Assembly (NCBI GenBank): GCA_963724765.1
Contig: CAVRVY010000001.1
Location: 704,001 to 768,000 of the forward strand
Length of the DNA: 64,000 nt
Direction of reading: 5' to 3'
Source: an uncultured delta proteobacterium
Lineage (GTDB): Bacteria; Desulfobacterota; Binatia; Binatales; Binataceae
Shown one piece after another: positions 27,462 to 38,192 of this stretch (position 1 is the stretch's first letter; each line of letters begins with the position of its first letter). Both the position numbers and the translations under genes were made by a program. The notes under the pieces are model-generated. The model was not told where the DNA came from and searched no databases. It was given only the letters and a program-made list of their open reading frames with translations.

Positions 27462-29033
27462 CTATTGGATGATCATCTCGATCATTTTGGGGCCGGGCTC
27501 TTTGAGCGCGCGCTCCAGTTCTTGCGAAAGCGCCTCGGCCGTTTCGACGCGCACTCCCGGCACGCCCATTCCCTTGGCCAGCGCGACCCAGTCGAGATTC
27601 GGATTGCCCAGGCTGGTCAGCGAGCGTGCCTTGGGGCCGGGCTCCGTAACGCCGGCGCGCGCAAGCTCGACCTGCAAAATACGGTAGCGGCGGTTGTTGC
27701 ACAGAAGCGTCGTGACGTTCAGCCCCTCGCGCGCCTGCGTCCACAGCGCCTGCACGGTGTACATCGCACTGCCGTCGGCCTGGAACGAGATCACGCGGCG
27801 CTCTGGGCAGGCGACCGCTGCGCCGGTCGCGCATGGCAGGCCCTGGCCGATCGCGCCGCCTGTCAGCGCGAGGTAGGTATGCGCCGGCGCACTCGATGAA
27901 GCGCCGAAGAACGGCAATCCGGTGGTCGCCGCTTCGTCCATCACGATCGCGTGCTCGGGCATCAGGGCAGCGATCGCCGCGCCGATGGTCGTCGCATCGA
28001 GGGCGCCCGTCGGCCGCGCCGCCGCTTCCTTCGCAGCGGGCGCAGGCGTGCGCACTGGCACGGCTTTGGGCGCGCCGATAAGGTCGGCCAGCGCTTCGAG
28101 CGCGAGTGCGACGTCCTGTTCGAGCGTCGCCAGCGTGGTCACGGTTCGGCCCTCGGGAATCAGCACGCTCGGCGTATTGGGATAGCCGAAAAATGCGACC
28201 GGCGCGCGCGCGCCCGCCAGGATGACCGAACTGGATTTCGCGAACGCCTCGAGCGCCATCTCGGGAAAGTAGGGTAGCTTCTCCACCGGCGGCATCGCGC
28301 CGCCGCGCTCGACCCGCGCGGGAAACGTCTCGCACATCAGGCGGCATCCGCTCGCCGCGGCGATTCGCGCCGCAGCTTTGAGCCCGCGCTCGCGCACCGC
28401 CGGGCCGCCCATGAAGAGCACGACGCTGGCACCGTCGCGCCGCAGCATCTCGGCCGCCGCGCGCACGGCGCTATCCGGCGCTGCAGGCGGCGACACGGCG
28501 GGACGCGGCTGGGCTGGCGCGCCGGCCTCGCTCCATTGGCAATCGGAGGGAACGATAAGCGTGGAGGTATGGCCCGGCACACGCATCGCTTCGGCGATCG
28601 CCTCGGCCGTGTCGGCGGCGACCGCGCCCGCGCTCGCCGAGTGACGGACCCACGCGGAGACCGGGCGGGCGAGCGATTCGATATCGGACGTGAGCGGGGC
28701 GTCGGCCTTCAAATGCCAGGTCGCATGGTCGCCGATCACGTTGACGATCGGCGAGTGCGCGCGCCGCGCGTTGTGCAAGTTGGCGATCCCGTTGGCGAAA
28801 CCAGGTCCCAGATGGGTCAGCGTAAGCGCCGGCCGATCGGCCATCCGCGCGTAACCGTCGGCGGCGCCGGTGACGACGCCCTCGAACAGCGCCAGCACCG
28901 CGCGCATCCGATTGGCGCCGTCGAGCGCCGCGACCAGTGGCATTTCGGTCGTGCCCGGGTTGGCGAAGCAGACGTCGACTCCGCAATTAAGTGCGGTCAG
29001 GATCAGGCTCTCGGCTCCATTCATCTCCATCAA
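27462..29033 (-). CDS. ThDP-dependent enzyme (acetolactate synthase large subunit / benzoylformate decarboxylase-like)
   Basis: Motifs [17 protein letters not shown] and the ThDP motif ADGSAMY...NNRRY. Confidence 0.9.
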   Translation of the reverse strand: MMEMNGAESLILTALNCGVDVCFANPGTTEMPLVAALDGANRMRAVLALFEGVVTGAADGYARMADRPALTLTHLGPGFANGIANLHNARRAHSPIVNVIGDHATWHLKADAPLTSDIESLARPVSAWVRHSASAGAVAADTAEAIAEAMRVPGHTSTLIVPSDCQWSEAGAPAQPRPAVSPPAAPDSAVRAAAEMLRRDGASVVLFMGGPAVRERGLKAAARIAAASGCRLMCETFPARVERGGAMPPVEKLPYFPEMALEAFAKSSSVILAGARAPVAFFGYPNTPSVLIPEGRTVTTLATLEQDVALALEALADLIGAPKAVPVRTPAPAAKEAAARPTGALDATTIGAAIAALMPEHAIVMDEAATTGLPFFGASSSAPAHTYLALTGGAIGQGLPCATGAAVACPERRVISFQADGSAMYTVQALWTQAREGLNVTTLLCNNRRYRILQVELARAGVTEPGPKARSLTSLGNPNLDWVALAKGMGVPGVRVETAEALSQELERALKEPGPKMIEMIIQ

Positions 29034-29076
29034 CTCCGCTTCGCTGTTACGTTTGGTCGCGGCCCGATGAATACCG

Positions 29077-30789
29077 TCAATGGCTGTTTTGCGAAACCGT
29101 GCGCATCACTTTGCCCGGCAGGCCGCCCTGGTATTCGTCATGCGCGAACAGAAGCTCGCCGCCGACGATCGTGTACTCGATTCCCTCGGAGCGCTCGATC
29201 AGCCGCGGCTCGCCGCCCGGCAGATCGTTGACCCACTCGGGCGCCAGCGGCTTTATCGTGGCCGGATCGAAGATCACGAGGTCCGCATCCATCCCCGGCG
29301 CGAGCCGCCCCTTGGTCCGCAGTTCGAGGAAGTCGGCCAGCTCCGAGGTCAGCCGCCGCACAGCTTCCTGCAGTGTCAGCACGCCGCGCCGATGCACCCA
29401 TTCGTGCAGCAGATAGGAGGTCAGGCCGGCATCGCAGTGCTGCGCGACGTGCGCCCCCGCGTCGCTAAGCCCGATCAGCGTGTTGGGCAGCTTGAGGATG
29501 CGGCTTACGATGTCGGGATTGACGTTGATCACCGAGAGCGTCACGCCCAGCTCCATTCGCTCATCGAGCGCGAGGTCGAGCAGCGCGTCGACGGGGTCCT
29601 TGCCGGTCGCGGCAGCTAGGTCGGCGACGCTCAGGTTGAGCGAGCGGCGGTTGTGCTGGTTTTCCACGCGCGCGATATGCACGCGATCCCATCGGCCGCG
29701 AAAAATCGCCTTGCCGCCGCCGTCTTTGATCTCGTTGCGAAACGCGGCGCGGAAATCCGCCGAGCCCACGAGCGCCATCTGCTCATCGGCGCCGCGGTTG
29801 AAAATTCCTTTCCACGAATCGAGCGCGGCAAAGATGAACGGCTCGCGCATCGTGTAGTACTGCTGGATCGGACGCGGCGTGACCTGCGGCAGAATCTTGA
29901 GCCCGCTTTGGACGAGCGGGGCAAGGCGCTCGACCGTGCGCTGATGCGCATCGGGCGGCGTGCCGGGCAGGTCGAGCAGCGCGAGCCAGGTCACCGGCCG
30001 CGTGCTCTCGCGCGCGAGCATGGTCAGCAAGTCGAGACCGCCCTCGTTGGGCACGCTGGTCGAGCCGCGGTTAGGCAGAATCTCGATAATGCCGCGGCCC
30101 AGCTCGCGCATCGCGCGGCAGAGCGCGCCGAGTTCCTCGTCGCTCGCCATCCGGCTCGCCAGCGGACGGGCCTGGAAGCCGATATGCTGCGGCGCGAGGC
30201 TCATCGAGAAGCCGGCCGCGCCGGCGCAGAGCGCCTCGCGATACAGACGCGCCATCTCGGCCGTCTCGGCCGCGGTCGCGGCGCGCTCGGCCGCCTCCTC
30301 ACCGATCACGTAAAAGCGCAACGCCGAGAGCGGCACCAGGAAGCCGACGTTGAGCGCGACGCCGCGCCGCTCGGTCGCCGCCATGTACTGCGGAAAGCTT
30401 TCCCAGTCCCACGCCACGCCGCGCATCAGCACGTCGTGCGGCAGCGCCTCGACGTTGACTAGGTCCCACGCCATCGTGGATTGCTGTCCGGGGCGGCACG
30501 GTGCGACGCCCACACCGCAATTGCCCATCAGCAGCGTGGTGACGCCGTGCCAGCACGAGCAGGTGAGCAGCGGGTCCCACGAAATCTGCGCGTCGTAATG
30601 CGTATGGATATCGATGAAGCCGGGCGCCAGCACCGCGCCGCCGGCGTCGATCTCGCGCCGCGCGGCGCCGCCGGTCTGCTCGCCGACCGCGGCGATTTTG
30701 CCATCCTTCACTGCGAGCGCGCCGTGGCGCACGGGCGCGCCGGTGCCGTCGCAGATGGTGGCGTTGCGGATCAGCAGGTCGTGGGCCAT
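29077..30789 (-). CDS. N-acyl-D-amino-acid deacylase family amidohydrolase
   Basis: Motifs [29 protein letters not shown] and ADLVIFDP. Start placed at MAHDLL. Confidence 0.9.
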   Translation of the reverse strand: MAHDLLIRNATICDGTGAPVRHGALAVKDGKIAAVGEQTGGAARREIDAGGAVLAPGFIDIHTHYDAQISWDPLLTCSCWHGVTTLLMGNCGVGVAPCRPGQQSTMAWDLVNVEALPHDVLMRGVAWDWESFPQYMAATERRGVALNVGFLVPLSALRFYVIGEEAAERAATAAETAEMARLYREALCAGAAGFSMSLAPQHIGFQARPLASRMASDEELGALCRAMRELGRGIIEILPNRGSTSVPNEGGLDLLTMLARESTRPVTWLALLDLPGTPPDAHQRTVERLAPLVQSGLKILPQVTPRPIQQYYTMREPFIFAALDSWKGIFNRGADEQMALVGSADFRAAFRNEIKDGGGKAIFRGRWDRVHIARVENQHNRRSLNLSVADLAAATGKDPVDALLDLALDERMELGVTLSVINVNPDIVSRILKLPNTLIGLSDAGAHVAQHCDAGLTSYLLHEWVHRRGVLTLQEAVRRLTSELADFLELRTKGRLAPGMDADLVIFDPATIKPLAPEWVNDLPGGEPRLIERSEGIEYTIVGGELLFAHDEYQGGLPGKVMRTVSQNSH

Positions 30790-30981
30790 CGCGAGATCCT
30801 CCGGAGCGCGGAGGCGCACGAAAAACTCGGACGTGGGCGCGCGCGATTTTATCGATGCGCCCCGCGCCGCCCAAGCCATCGCGGGCCGCCGCGAACTCAG
30901 GTGAGCTTCGCGCCGGCTCTATGGAGTGTCAAGGCGCGTCTGGCGAACGAATTACCCGGGAATCAGAGGCGAGGTCGGGCG

Positions 30982-31016
30982 AGGAAGCGCCGGAGGTCTT
31001 TTCTCCGGCGCTTCCT
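30982..31016. terminator. Perfect 14-bp hairpin just downstream of the NHL gene
   Basis: AGGAAGCGCCGGAG-gtctttt-CTCCGGCGCTTCCT. Confidence 0.6.
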
Positions 31017-31030
31017 TCCTTTAGTTTCTG

Positions 31031-32101
31031 TTAATGGGTTGGGCCAAAGATCATTTCAGCCGCGTACAGGGGCAGTCCAGTCAGGGTGATACGCGGCGTT
31101 GGAGAGCCGCTCGCGGTTAGCTGGACCGGGGCGTATTTGACCACATCACCAGACGTGTAATCGGATACCCATAGCCTGTTCGTCTCGTCAAATTGCAGTC
31201 CCCAGGGAGTGGGGCTGACCGAACCATCGTCTACAGTGATAACTACCGTCGCCGTAGGAGTACCTGAGGACGCAAGCTGAGTAGGAGTGAAATCGACCAC
31301 TGTTGAATTACCGGCATTCGCTACCCACAGATTGCCCGTATGGTCAAATGCTATTTGTCCCGGCGCATGGACGCTGGGACTGGTAATGATGACGTTGGGA
31401 ACCGGCGTCCCACCAGTAGTAAGCTGGCTGGCTGCGAATTCCACGATGTTGTTATTGCCTTCGCTCGAAATCCAGAGGTCGCCAGCTTTATCGAAAGTGG
31501 CAAAAGCGGGCGAGGCTAAATCAGTGCCGTCGGTGATTGTCACTGCGGGAGTGATGTCAGCGGTCCCAGCGGCCAACTGGGCAGGGGAAATCTCATGTAC
31601 AGCATTGTTCAGCGGATCAACGATCCAGAGATTTTTGTGCGCATCGAACACGCAACTGAGAATAAATCCAAAGGCAGAGCTCGTGATCGTCACAACTGGC
31701 TTCGGGTGGGGTTGTGCGACCAGATTATTCAGTTGTGCGGGGGTGAATTTCAGGAGGGTATTGTTAAGTGTGGTCACCCACAGGTCCCCAAAGGGATTGA
31801 ACGCGACGCCGGCCGCATTGGCTAAAGGCTCGGCACCCTCGACAATCTTCACCTGTTTAGCCGCGTGGCTCGTCAGCAACTGAGCGGGGCGCACCTCAAT
31901 TATCCCACCGACCGATCCAGTGACCCCGCTCTGTTGCGGGCTGGCCATCCAGATCGACGGACCTGTGGCGTGGACTGGTGACCACGCTCCGCCAATTGTA
32001 AGCAACAGCAACGCTAATGAGGCGGTTAAGAGCAACCGGAACGCCGTTGAACGACGAGTGCCACTGATAAGAGCCTTAGACCAGAACGTGGAACCCTCCA
32101 T
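31031..32101 (-). CDS. Secreted NHL/Vgb-like beta-propeller repeat protein
   Basis: Signal peptide ending VHA. About five repeats of FD..G(N/D)LW(V/I)....N.....F...QL...G...P.V.IT. Visibly lower GC than the flanks. Confidence 0.8.
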   Translation of the reverse strand: MEGSTFWSKALISGTRRSTAFRLLLTASLALLLLTIGGAWSPVHATGPSIWMASPQQSGVTGSVGGIIEVRPAQLLTSHAAKQVKIVEGAEPLANAAGVAFNPFGDLWVTTLNNTLLKFTPAQLNNLVAQPHPKPVVTITSSAFGFILSCVFDAHKNLWIVDPLNNAVHEISPAQLAAGTADITPAVTITDGTDLASPAFATFDKAGDLWISSEGNNNIVEFAASQLTTGGTPVPNVIITSPSVHAPGQIAFDHTGNLWVANAGNSTVVDFTPTQLASSGTPTATVVITVDDGSVSPTPWGLQFDETNRLWVSDYTSGDVVKYAPVQLTASGSPTPRITLTGLPLYAAEMIFGPTH

Positions 32102-32589
32102 GATAATCCTCCATCGTGCGACTCTATTAGTCTTGGTTAGTCGTGCTGCACATCACGACAAGTTGGAAATCCGTGTTTGTTCGTGTCGCGGTTAACGAGA
32201 GCAATATCTATTCCGCACATGGTGAGTTGGATAACGCTTGAATTCATCTGAAAGCTCGCGAGCAAAAGAACTTTCTTTCAATTTTCTCGGGAATTATTAC
32301 ACACCTGAATTGTTTCTCGCTCCGGAACCTTCGACTGCGAAGAGGGCAAATCCTATGAGTATCTTATCTATTGACTGCGTACCTAGGGGAAGATCCCGCC
32401 GCAGGACTGCGGCAGGCGCTGCCATGTAAATCGGTCCGGCGGCAGAATTTCTCAACCGCTTCAGAGCGATGGAATCAGACGCGAGACGAGGCGTTGATGC
32501 GCGTCGGGCCGGATACCGGCGGCCACGCAAATATGTGAGCTTCGGTCAGCCCTATGTGAGAATCCAGGCGGACGGCTGGCGTGCCCGCC

Positions 32590-32892
32590 CTAGAGTTCGC
32601 TTGCGAGCCTCAGCGCGTCGCTCCAATCGACGATCGGTTCGAGCCGGCGCCTCAGCACGATTCCCGCCGCGAGCGCCTTGGCGAACGGGTTGAAAGTCAG
32701 CGAATGGTCCTTGATATCGAGCACGAGCACCACCTTGGCCTCTTCGTTCGACATCCACGGCCCGGCCTTCAGCGTCACGCCGGGCGGGAAGCCGCCCTCG
32801 AAAACCTCGGCAAAAAATTTGAGCGCGCGTTTGGCGTTCTCGGGGCTGGAGGCGTTGAGATAAATTTCATCGAGATAGAGCGGCATCGTCAT
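32590..32892 (-). CDS. Small hypothetical protein, DUF3303-like dimeric alpha/beta barrel (tentative)
   Basis: Good codon bias and AGGAG RBS. The PPGVTLKAGPW...EPIVD pattern resembles DUF3303. It lies 7 nt downstream of the LLM gene. Confidence 0.6.
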   Translation of the reverse strand: MTMPLYLDEIYLNASSPENAKRALKFFAEVFEGGFPPGVTLKAGPWMSNEEAKVVLVLDIKDHSLTFNPFAKALAAGIVLRRRLEPIVDWSDALRLASEL

Positions 32893-32899
32893 TCTCCTG

Positions 32900-33823
32900 T
32901 TATGCGAACGCCGGCATCACTTCGCGCGCGAACAACTCGACCGTCTGCGGTGGCGCCAGGTCGGCGAACATCATCGTGAACATCGTGATGCCCCACCCGA
33001 CGCGTTCGCGCAACTGCTTAATCACCTCGTCCGGAGTGCCCTTCACTGCGGTGAATGAGAAAGGCTTGCGCCGCTTGGCCATCTCCCACTTCCGATCGAC
33101 CTCGGCCTGGTTCGCGCCGATACAAACCATCAGTTGCTCCGAGACGGTGATTTCACCGGGGTCGCGGCCCACCGCGCGGCAATGCTCGTGCAGCACGCCG
33201 AGGGTTTTTTTGAAGTCGCGATAGCCCGCCGGGCAGTTCCAGCGATCGGCGTATTGGGCGACCAGCCGCAGCATCACTTTTTCGCCGGCGCCGCCGATCA
33301 TGATCGGCGGATGCGGCTTCTGGACGGGCTTGGGATTGTTGGGCGCGTCGGTGACCGTGTAGTAGCGGCCTTTGAAGCTCGCGCGGTTCTCGGTGAACAT
33401 CGCCTTGAGGATCTGCAGGCCCTCCTCGAGCTGGCGCAGCCGGGTGCCGACCGACGGAAACTCGTAGCCGTTGGCGCGGTACTCCTGCTCCATCCAGCCC
33501 GCGCCCAGACCGACTTCGAGCCGGCCGTTGGAGATATGGTCGATGGTCGTGAGCGACTTGGCCAGCAGCGCTGGATTGCGAAATGAGTTGCACAACACCA
33601 GCGTGCCGATACGTACGCGCTCGGTGCGTGCGGCGATCGCGCTCATCATCGTGATCGCTTCGAGCAGGTCAACGTCGGGCATGCCGATCGTCCAGAAATG
33701 ATCGACCAGCCAGAAGGAGTGATAGCCCAGGCGCTCGGCCATCTCGGCGCGGTCGAGCAGGGTCTTGACGGTCGCGCCGGCTTGCGGCGACCAGAACGCG
33801 AATTCAACTTTTCCGCTCATCAT
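32900..33823 (-). CDS. LLM-class (probably F420-dependent) oxidoreductase
   Basis: Motifs WLVDHF, GTLV....FRNPALLAK, SNGRLEVGLGAGW and PKPVQKPHPPI.IGG.GEK. Confidence 0.92.
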   Translation of the reverse strand: MMSGKVEFAFWSPQAGATVKTLLDRAEMAERLGYHSFWLVDHFWTIGMPDVDLLEAITMMSAIAARTERVRIGTLVLCNSFRNPALLAKSLTTIDHISNGRLEVGLGAGWMEQEYRANGYEFPSVGTRLRQLEEGLQILKAMFTENRASFKGRYYTVTDAPNNPKPVQKPHPPIMIGGAGEKVMLRLVAQYADRWNCPAGYRDFKKTLGVLHEHCRAVGRDPGEITVSEQLMVCIGANQAEVDRKWEMAKRRKPFSFTAVKGTPDEVIKQLRERVGWGITMFTMMFADLAPPQTVELFAREVMPAFA

Positions 33824-33935
33824 GTGCTCCTTGGTCAAGGCTCCTTCGTTAACCCTTCCGGACTCCGCGCGATGGTTATGTGAGACGATTCCTTTTACTG
33901 TTTCACTGTTTCTCTTTTACTGTTTTACTGCGCGG

Positions 33936-35108
33936 ATGCACAACGCAATGAGACGGCGAATCGCGATCGCATTTTGCGGCGCGCTGATGCTCGCGATCGC
34001 GATGGCCCTCGGCGATTCGCGCTGCGCGTTCGCGTCGCCGCCGCCGCAGGGATTCTCACAACTCGGCGCGCCGCGCGCGCTCAAGGGCGCGCCGGGTACT
34101 TACGAATGGCATTTCGTCGCGGAGCGCGGGCCCTCGCCATTCGACCGTATCGGGCTCCATCGGATCGCGAGCGGCCCGGCCGCGCCGGCGCATCCGGGAA
34201 TCGTGATGCTCTATCTTGCGGGCACCAACATGAATGGCGAAATCGCAATCGACGATCAGCGCTACTCGATGCCGCTTTACCTGGCGGCGCACGGCGTCGA
34301 CGTGTGGGCGATGGACTACCGCACCCACTTCGTCCCGCCCGATACGCCGGCGGAGAAGCTCGCGGTGATGACCGGATGGACGAAGCGCGTGTTCGAGGGC
34401 GATATCGAGGCTGCGGCCGCGTTCGTGAGCGCCCGGACGCATAGTGAAAAGCTCTTCATCGCCGGGTTCAGCCGCGGCGCGACCTTCGCCTACCTCTTCG
34501 CGGCGCTGCATCCGCAAGAGGTGGCGGGACTCGTGATCCTCGACGGCTTCATCCCGCACCGTTATGTCTCGTCGATGCCCGCGGGGCGCGTCGCCGACGA
34601 TATCGGCGGACGCCATCTGACCTACGACAAGCGCCAGGCGCTGATGGCGGCGGTGATTCGCGATCCCGGCGGTCCGGCGCCTCTACCTGAATACAAAACC
34701 GCGGCGGAAAATCTCGAGCATGTGGTCTATGACGCGGACGGCCTGTTCGGAGCACATGGCGGGCTTGCGAATCCGCAGGGCGGGTTTTCGGATCCCTCCG
34801 TGCTGGCGCGGGTGTTGATTGGTTACGACCGTTGGTGGCCCGCCGTGCAGGATTACGACAACCCGTTCGACGCGAGTACGCTGGCGCGGCTCAAGGCTTC
34901 AAAGATTCCGGTGATCGCGTTCAGCAGCACCAACATTTCCGCGCAATGGCCCGCGATGGTGGCCGGCTCGGCGGCGGCGACCGGTAGCACCAGCGTAACC
35001 GTCAAACAGCTCGTCGGATGGGGCCATCTCGACGTCATCTGCGGCACGCACGCGGAGAGCGAAGTCTACGCGCCGCTGCTCGCATGGCTCAGGCGGCATC
35101 AGAAGTAG
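33936..35108 (+). CDS. Secreted alpha/beta-fold hydrolase
   Basis: Signal peptide ending AFA, GFSRGA nucleophile elbow, DVWAMDYR and GWGHLD. Confidence 0.8.
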   Translation: MHNAMRRRIAIAFCGALMLAIAMALGDSRCAFASPPPQGFSQLGAPRALKGAPGTYEWHFVAERGPSPFDRIGLHRIASGPAAPAHPGIVMLYLAGTNMNGEIAIDDQRYSMPLYLAAHGVDVWAMDYRTHFVPPDTPAEKLAVMTGWTKRVFEGDIEAAAAFVSARTHSEKLFIAGFSRGATFAYLFAALHPQEVAGLVILDGFIPHRYVSSMPAGRVADDIGGRHLTYDKRQALMAAVIRDPGGPAPLPEYKTAAENLEHVVYDADGLFGAHGGLANPQGGFSDPSVLARVLIGYDRWWPAVQDYDNPFDASTLARLKASKIPVIAFSSTNISAQWPAMVAGSAAATGSTSVTVKQLVGWGHLDVICGTHAESEVYAPLLAWLRRHQK

Positions 35109-35355
35109 TCGGCGGCCCAGCTTGCGCGCGCGGACGCAGCAGCAGCGTCGCCGCCAGCGCCCACATCCCGAGCGCGAAGCCGAGCAGCGCCCACACCAGC
35201 GGCGAGCGGCCGCGGCGCGAGGCGATAGTCGCGGTGAGCGGCGCCAGCGCCGCGTCGATAATCAGCGAAGTCGCGATTATCTCCGCCGGGCCCCCACGAT
35301 AACGCATCAGGGCGAAGCCGGAGGTCACGTTGAGGATGGTCGCGATCGTCCACAT
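35089..35355 (-). CDS. Small membrane protein
   Basis: Hydrophobic; IASRRGRSPLVWALLG (A..KGR...W-type motif). Confidence 0.6.
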   Translation of the reverse strand: MWTIATILNVTSGFALMRYRGGPAEIIATSLIIDAALAPLTATIASRRGRSPLVWALLGFALGMWALAATLLLRPRAQAGPPTTSDAA

Positions 35356-35485
35356 CGGGTTACGCGCAGGTCATCAGTTGCGCGCGAGATTGCGCGAGCT
35401 AGCACGGAGCTTATTGCGCACACAAGCCGTCGATTGGTTGCACTTTGGCTTGCGGCGCTCCCGCGCGGGACTATAGTTGTTAGTT

Positions 35486-35923
35486 ATGGCACGCCGCGAC
35501 GCCGAAAGCATCGTTTCAAAGCTGCGCCAGATGAGCGAGGAAGGGCTGGGTAGCGTGATGGGCGAGTTGATGGCCAACGAACGGATGCGTAAGGGGCTGG
35601 GACGCGCGGGAGAACGATTGATGGCCAACAAGCACGTCTTCGATCGCAACGTCGAGACCGTTCTCGACTTCGTCAACATCCCGTCCAAACGCGACATCCG
35701 CGAATTGAAGTCCCGACTCGACACACTGTCCAGCCAGCTGGTCAACCTTAGCATGAAGATAGACCGGATGCTGGCGGTGGGCGAAATGCCCGCGCCGCGT
35801 CAGGCCCGCGCCGCCTCAGACCAGCCCGAACCAGTCGAACCCGTGCGGCCGGTGCGGCCAGTCCGGCCGGCGCCTGGCCCACGTCCGGTTCCGCGCCGGC
35901 GCAAGGGCCGCGGCAACCCCTAA
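35486..35923 (+). CDS. Phasin (PhaF/PhaI)-like coiled-coil protein with a basic Pro/Arg tail
   Basis: VETVLDFVNIPSKRDIRELKSRLDTL matches the PhaF/PhaI-type L.IPS..D...L..RL pattern; C-terminal PVRPVRP...RRRK tail. Confidence 0.6.
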   Translation: MARRDAESIVSKLRQMSEEGLGSVMGELMANERMRKGLGRAGERLMANKHVFDRNVETVLDFVNIPSKRDIRELKSRLDTLSSQLVNLSMKIDRMLAVGEMPAPRQARAASDQPEPVEPVRPVRPVRPAPGPRPVPRRRKGRGNP

Positions 35924-36009
35924 AAGCAGTTCCGCAAGCACTCCTTAGGCCGCGCAAGCGCCTCGAAGGCTGCCGCGCAGGATTGCGACCGCGACGGCTT
36001 CAGCCACCT

Positions 36010-37131
36010 TCACAGGATCGCGAGACTCTGCTCCAGCCGGGCGAGGTCGGCAAGTTCGGCCGGCTCGCGCCCGAGGTCGGGCATCGCGAGCAGCTCTAAT
36101 CCCGCGGCCCCGCCTGCGCGCAACGATGCGATCGCGGCGGCTTCGCGCTGATGCAGCGCCGCGAACTCCTCGGCCGCGCGCGCGAGCTTGCGCCTAAGCG
36201 CGGGCGCAAGCGGCGCGCGCGCGATCTGCTCAGCCGACGGAATTGCGGGCAGTGTGCGGTTGACGATGACCGCGCGCGGCTCGATCCTGGCCGTGCGCAG
36301 TGCGGCGAGGAACTCGTGCGCCTGTGCGGTGCGCTCCGGCTCGGCGGTGGTGACCAAGACCACCGTGGTGTCGGCGGCGACGAGGAGTTGCTGCGCGCGC
36401 GCGGCGCGCTCGGCAAATCCGGCATACATGCCGTCGAAGCCGCGCACGAAGGCCTGCACGTCGCCGAGCAGATGGAGTCCCGTCAGACGATCGAAGGCGG
36501 AGAGCACGGCACGCGCGGCGAGGTCGACGACGCTGAATCCGCGGCGCATCCCGCCGCCCAGCAGAGTGACGGCGCGCGAGTTGAGCAGATCGAGCAGGCG
36601 TCGCGGCGCGTCGAGAAAGTCCAGCGCTTCGCGCGCGGGCGGCGTGTCGAGCACCACCAGGTCGGTCGCCGGCTCCTCGGCAAGCTCGAGCAGTCGCTCC
36701 ATCGCCATGTAATCTCCCACCCCGGCCAGGGCCTGCGACAGATTGCGGTAGATACGGTTTTGCATGATCGCGTCGGCGGCGGCGGGCGAGAGCGCGTGGC
36801 GCGCGACAATCGCGTCGAAGGTGCGCTTGGGATCCATGCGGAGTGCGCGCAGGCGTCCGGCGCGTAGCGCCGGACGCCTGCGCGCACTCGCCTCATCAGC
36901 CAGATCGCCAAGCGGCACCTCGCGTGGCTCGGCAGCGTCGACGCCGCCGAGGCCGAGCGCGTCGAGCAGGCGCGGCGCCGGGTCGACGGTCATCACGTCG
37001 ACCCGCCGCCCGGCGACCGCGGCGCCGAGCGCGAGCGCCGCGCTGACCGTGGTCTTGCCTACGCCGCCGGGGCCAAGGCATACGAGGAGGCGGCCGGCGA
37101 GCAGGCCGTGCGATGGATGCGCGGCGGTCAT
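36010..37131 (-). CDS. ArsA/Get3-family ATPase
   Basis: Motifs GPGGVGKTT, TVDPA, DTPP and ALDFLDAP. Confidence 0.88.
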   Translation of the reverse strand: MTAAHPSHGLLAGRLLVCLGPGGVGKTTVSAALALGAAVAGRRVDVMTVDPAPRLLDALGLGGVDAAEPREVPLGDLADEASARRRPALRAGRLRALRMDPKRTFDAIVARHALSPAAADAIMQNRIYRNLSQALAGVGDYMAMERLLELAEEPATDLVVLDTPPAREALDFLDAPRRLLDLLNSRAVTLLGGGMRRGFSVVDLAARAVLSAFDRLTGLHLLGDVQAFVRGFDGMYAGFAERAARAQQLLVAADTTVVLVTTAEPERTAQAHEFLAALRTARIEPRAVIVNRTLPAIPSAEQIARAPLAPALRRKLARAAEEFAALHQREAAAIASLRAGGAAGLELLAMPDLGREPAELADLARLEQSLAIL

Positions 37132-38159
37132 GCGGGCCGCGCCGGCTTCGCAGGCCGCGCCGGTTTGGCTGACCGCGCGGCTTTCGCCGCCGGCGCCGGC
37201 TTTCCCGCTCGACGCGGGGCTGCTCCCGGCGCAGCCGGGAACAGCCCCGCGTCGAGCGCGCGGCTCAGCTCCTCGAGTTCAGCCCGGCCCATCGCCGGGC
37301 TGAATAGCATCGGCAACTCGACCACGCTGAGCCCGGCGCGGGACGCTTCGCGGCGCGCCCGCGCCGCGAAGCGTCCCGCGCCGTCGCGCCATTGCGCGAG
37401 GCGCGCGTATCCGGGATGCGCCCCGACAGCGTTGAGCGCGTCGAGTTCGTCGATCTCGCGCGCGCTGAACAACGGATGCGGCACGCAGTTGAGCACCGCC
37501 GCGGCGACGCTCACGCCGAGCCGCCCACGCAGGACATCCGAGGCCTCCAGCGCCTCGCGCAGCGCCAGCTCCTGCGGCGTCAGCGTCAGCATCACGGCAA
37601 AGCGCGTCGCGTCGGCGAGAAAACTCTCGACGTTGGCGGCCAGCCGGTTGAGCGTTCCGAGCGGCGCGATTTGCTTGAGCGCCGCCGGCACCGAGAGCAA
37701 CTCCAGCGCGCTACCGGTGGCCGGCGCGTCGACCACCGTATAGCGGTCCTCCAGCGCGGCGCGCCCGGCGATGATTCGCAGGCGCTCGAGCATCAGGAAC
37801 GCCTCCAGCCCCGGCAGCGCGGCACTGACGTAGCCGAAGGTGCGGCTCTGGAGCATTCGGCGCGCGATCGCTCTGATCGGCACGATACGTTCGATGAACA
37901 CTTCGAGCTCGGTGCTTGCGCTTAGCGAGATCGTTTCCAGATTGGCGATCGCGGCCGCGCCCCTGTTATGCGGCCCGTCGTCGTCCTGATTATTGCCCGA
38001 CTCGAGGCCGAGCATCCGCGCCGCCCACATCCGCTGGTCGAGGTCGACCAGCAGGGTCGGGCGCCGTCGCGCCAGACACAGCGCAAGCGCCGCGGCCACC
38101 GCGCTCTTGCCCGTGCCGCCCTTGCCGGTGATCAGGATTAGCCGCGCGAGCGCCATCAC
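37128..38159 (-). CDS. ArsA/Get3-family ATPase (partner)
   Basis: Motifs TGKGGTGKS, ALPGL and VDAPATG; 4-nt overlap with its partner. Confidence 0.88.
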   Translation of the reverse strand: MMALARLILITGKGGTGKSAVAAALALCLARRRPTLLVDLDQRMWAARMLGLESGNNQDDDGPHNRGAAAIANLETISLSASTELEVFIERIVPIRAIARRMLQSRTFGYVSAALPGLEAFLMLERLRIIAGRAALEDRYTVVDAPATGSALELLSVPAALKQIAPLGTLNRLAANVESFLADATRFAVMLTLTPQELALREALEASDVLRGRLGVSVAAAVLNCVPHPLFSAREIDELDALNAVGAHPGYARLAQWRDGAGRFAARARREASRAGLSVVELPMLFSPAMGRAELEELSRALDAGLFPAAPGAAPRRAGKPAPAAKAARSAKPARPAKPARPA

Positions 38160-38192
38160 GTAGAATGTAAAGCCGCGCGCTGCGGCGGTCTA

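Noticed and set aside
36010-38159. Arsenic-resistance operon
   Set aside because: No arsB/acr3, arsC, arsD or arsR nearby; the pair resembles Get3-like heterodimers instead.
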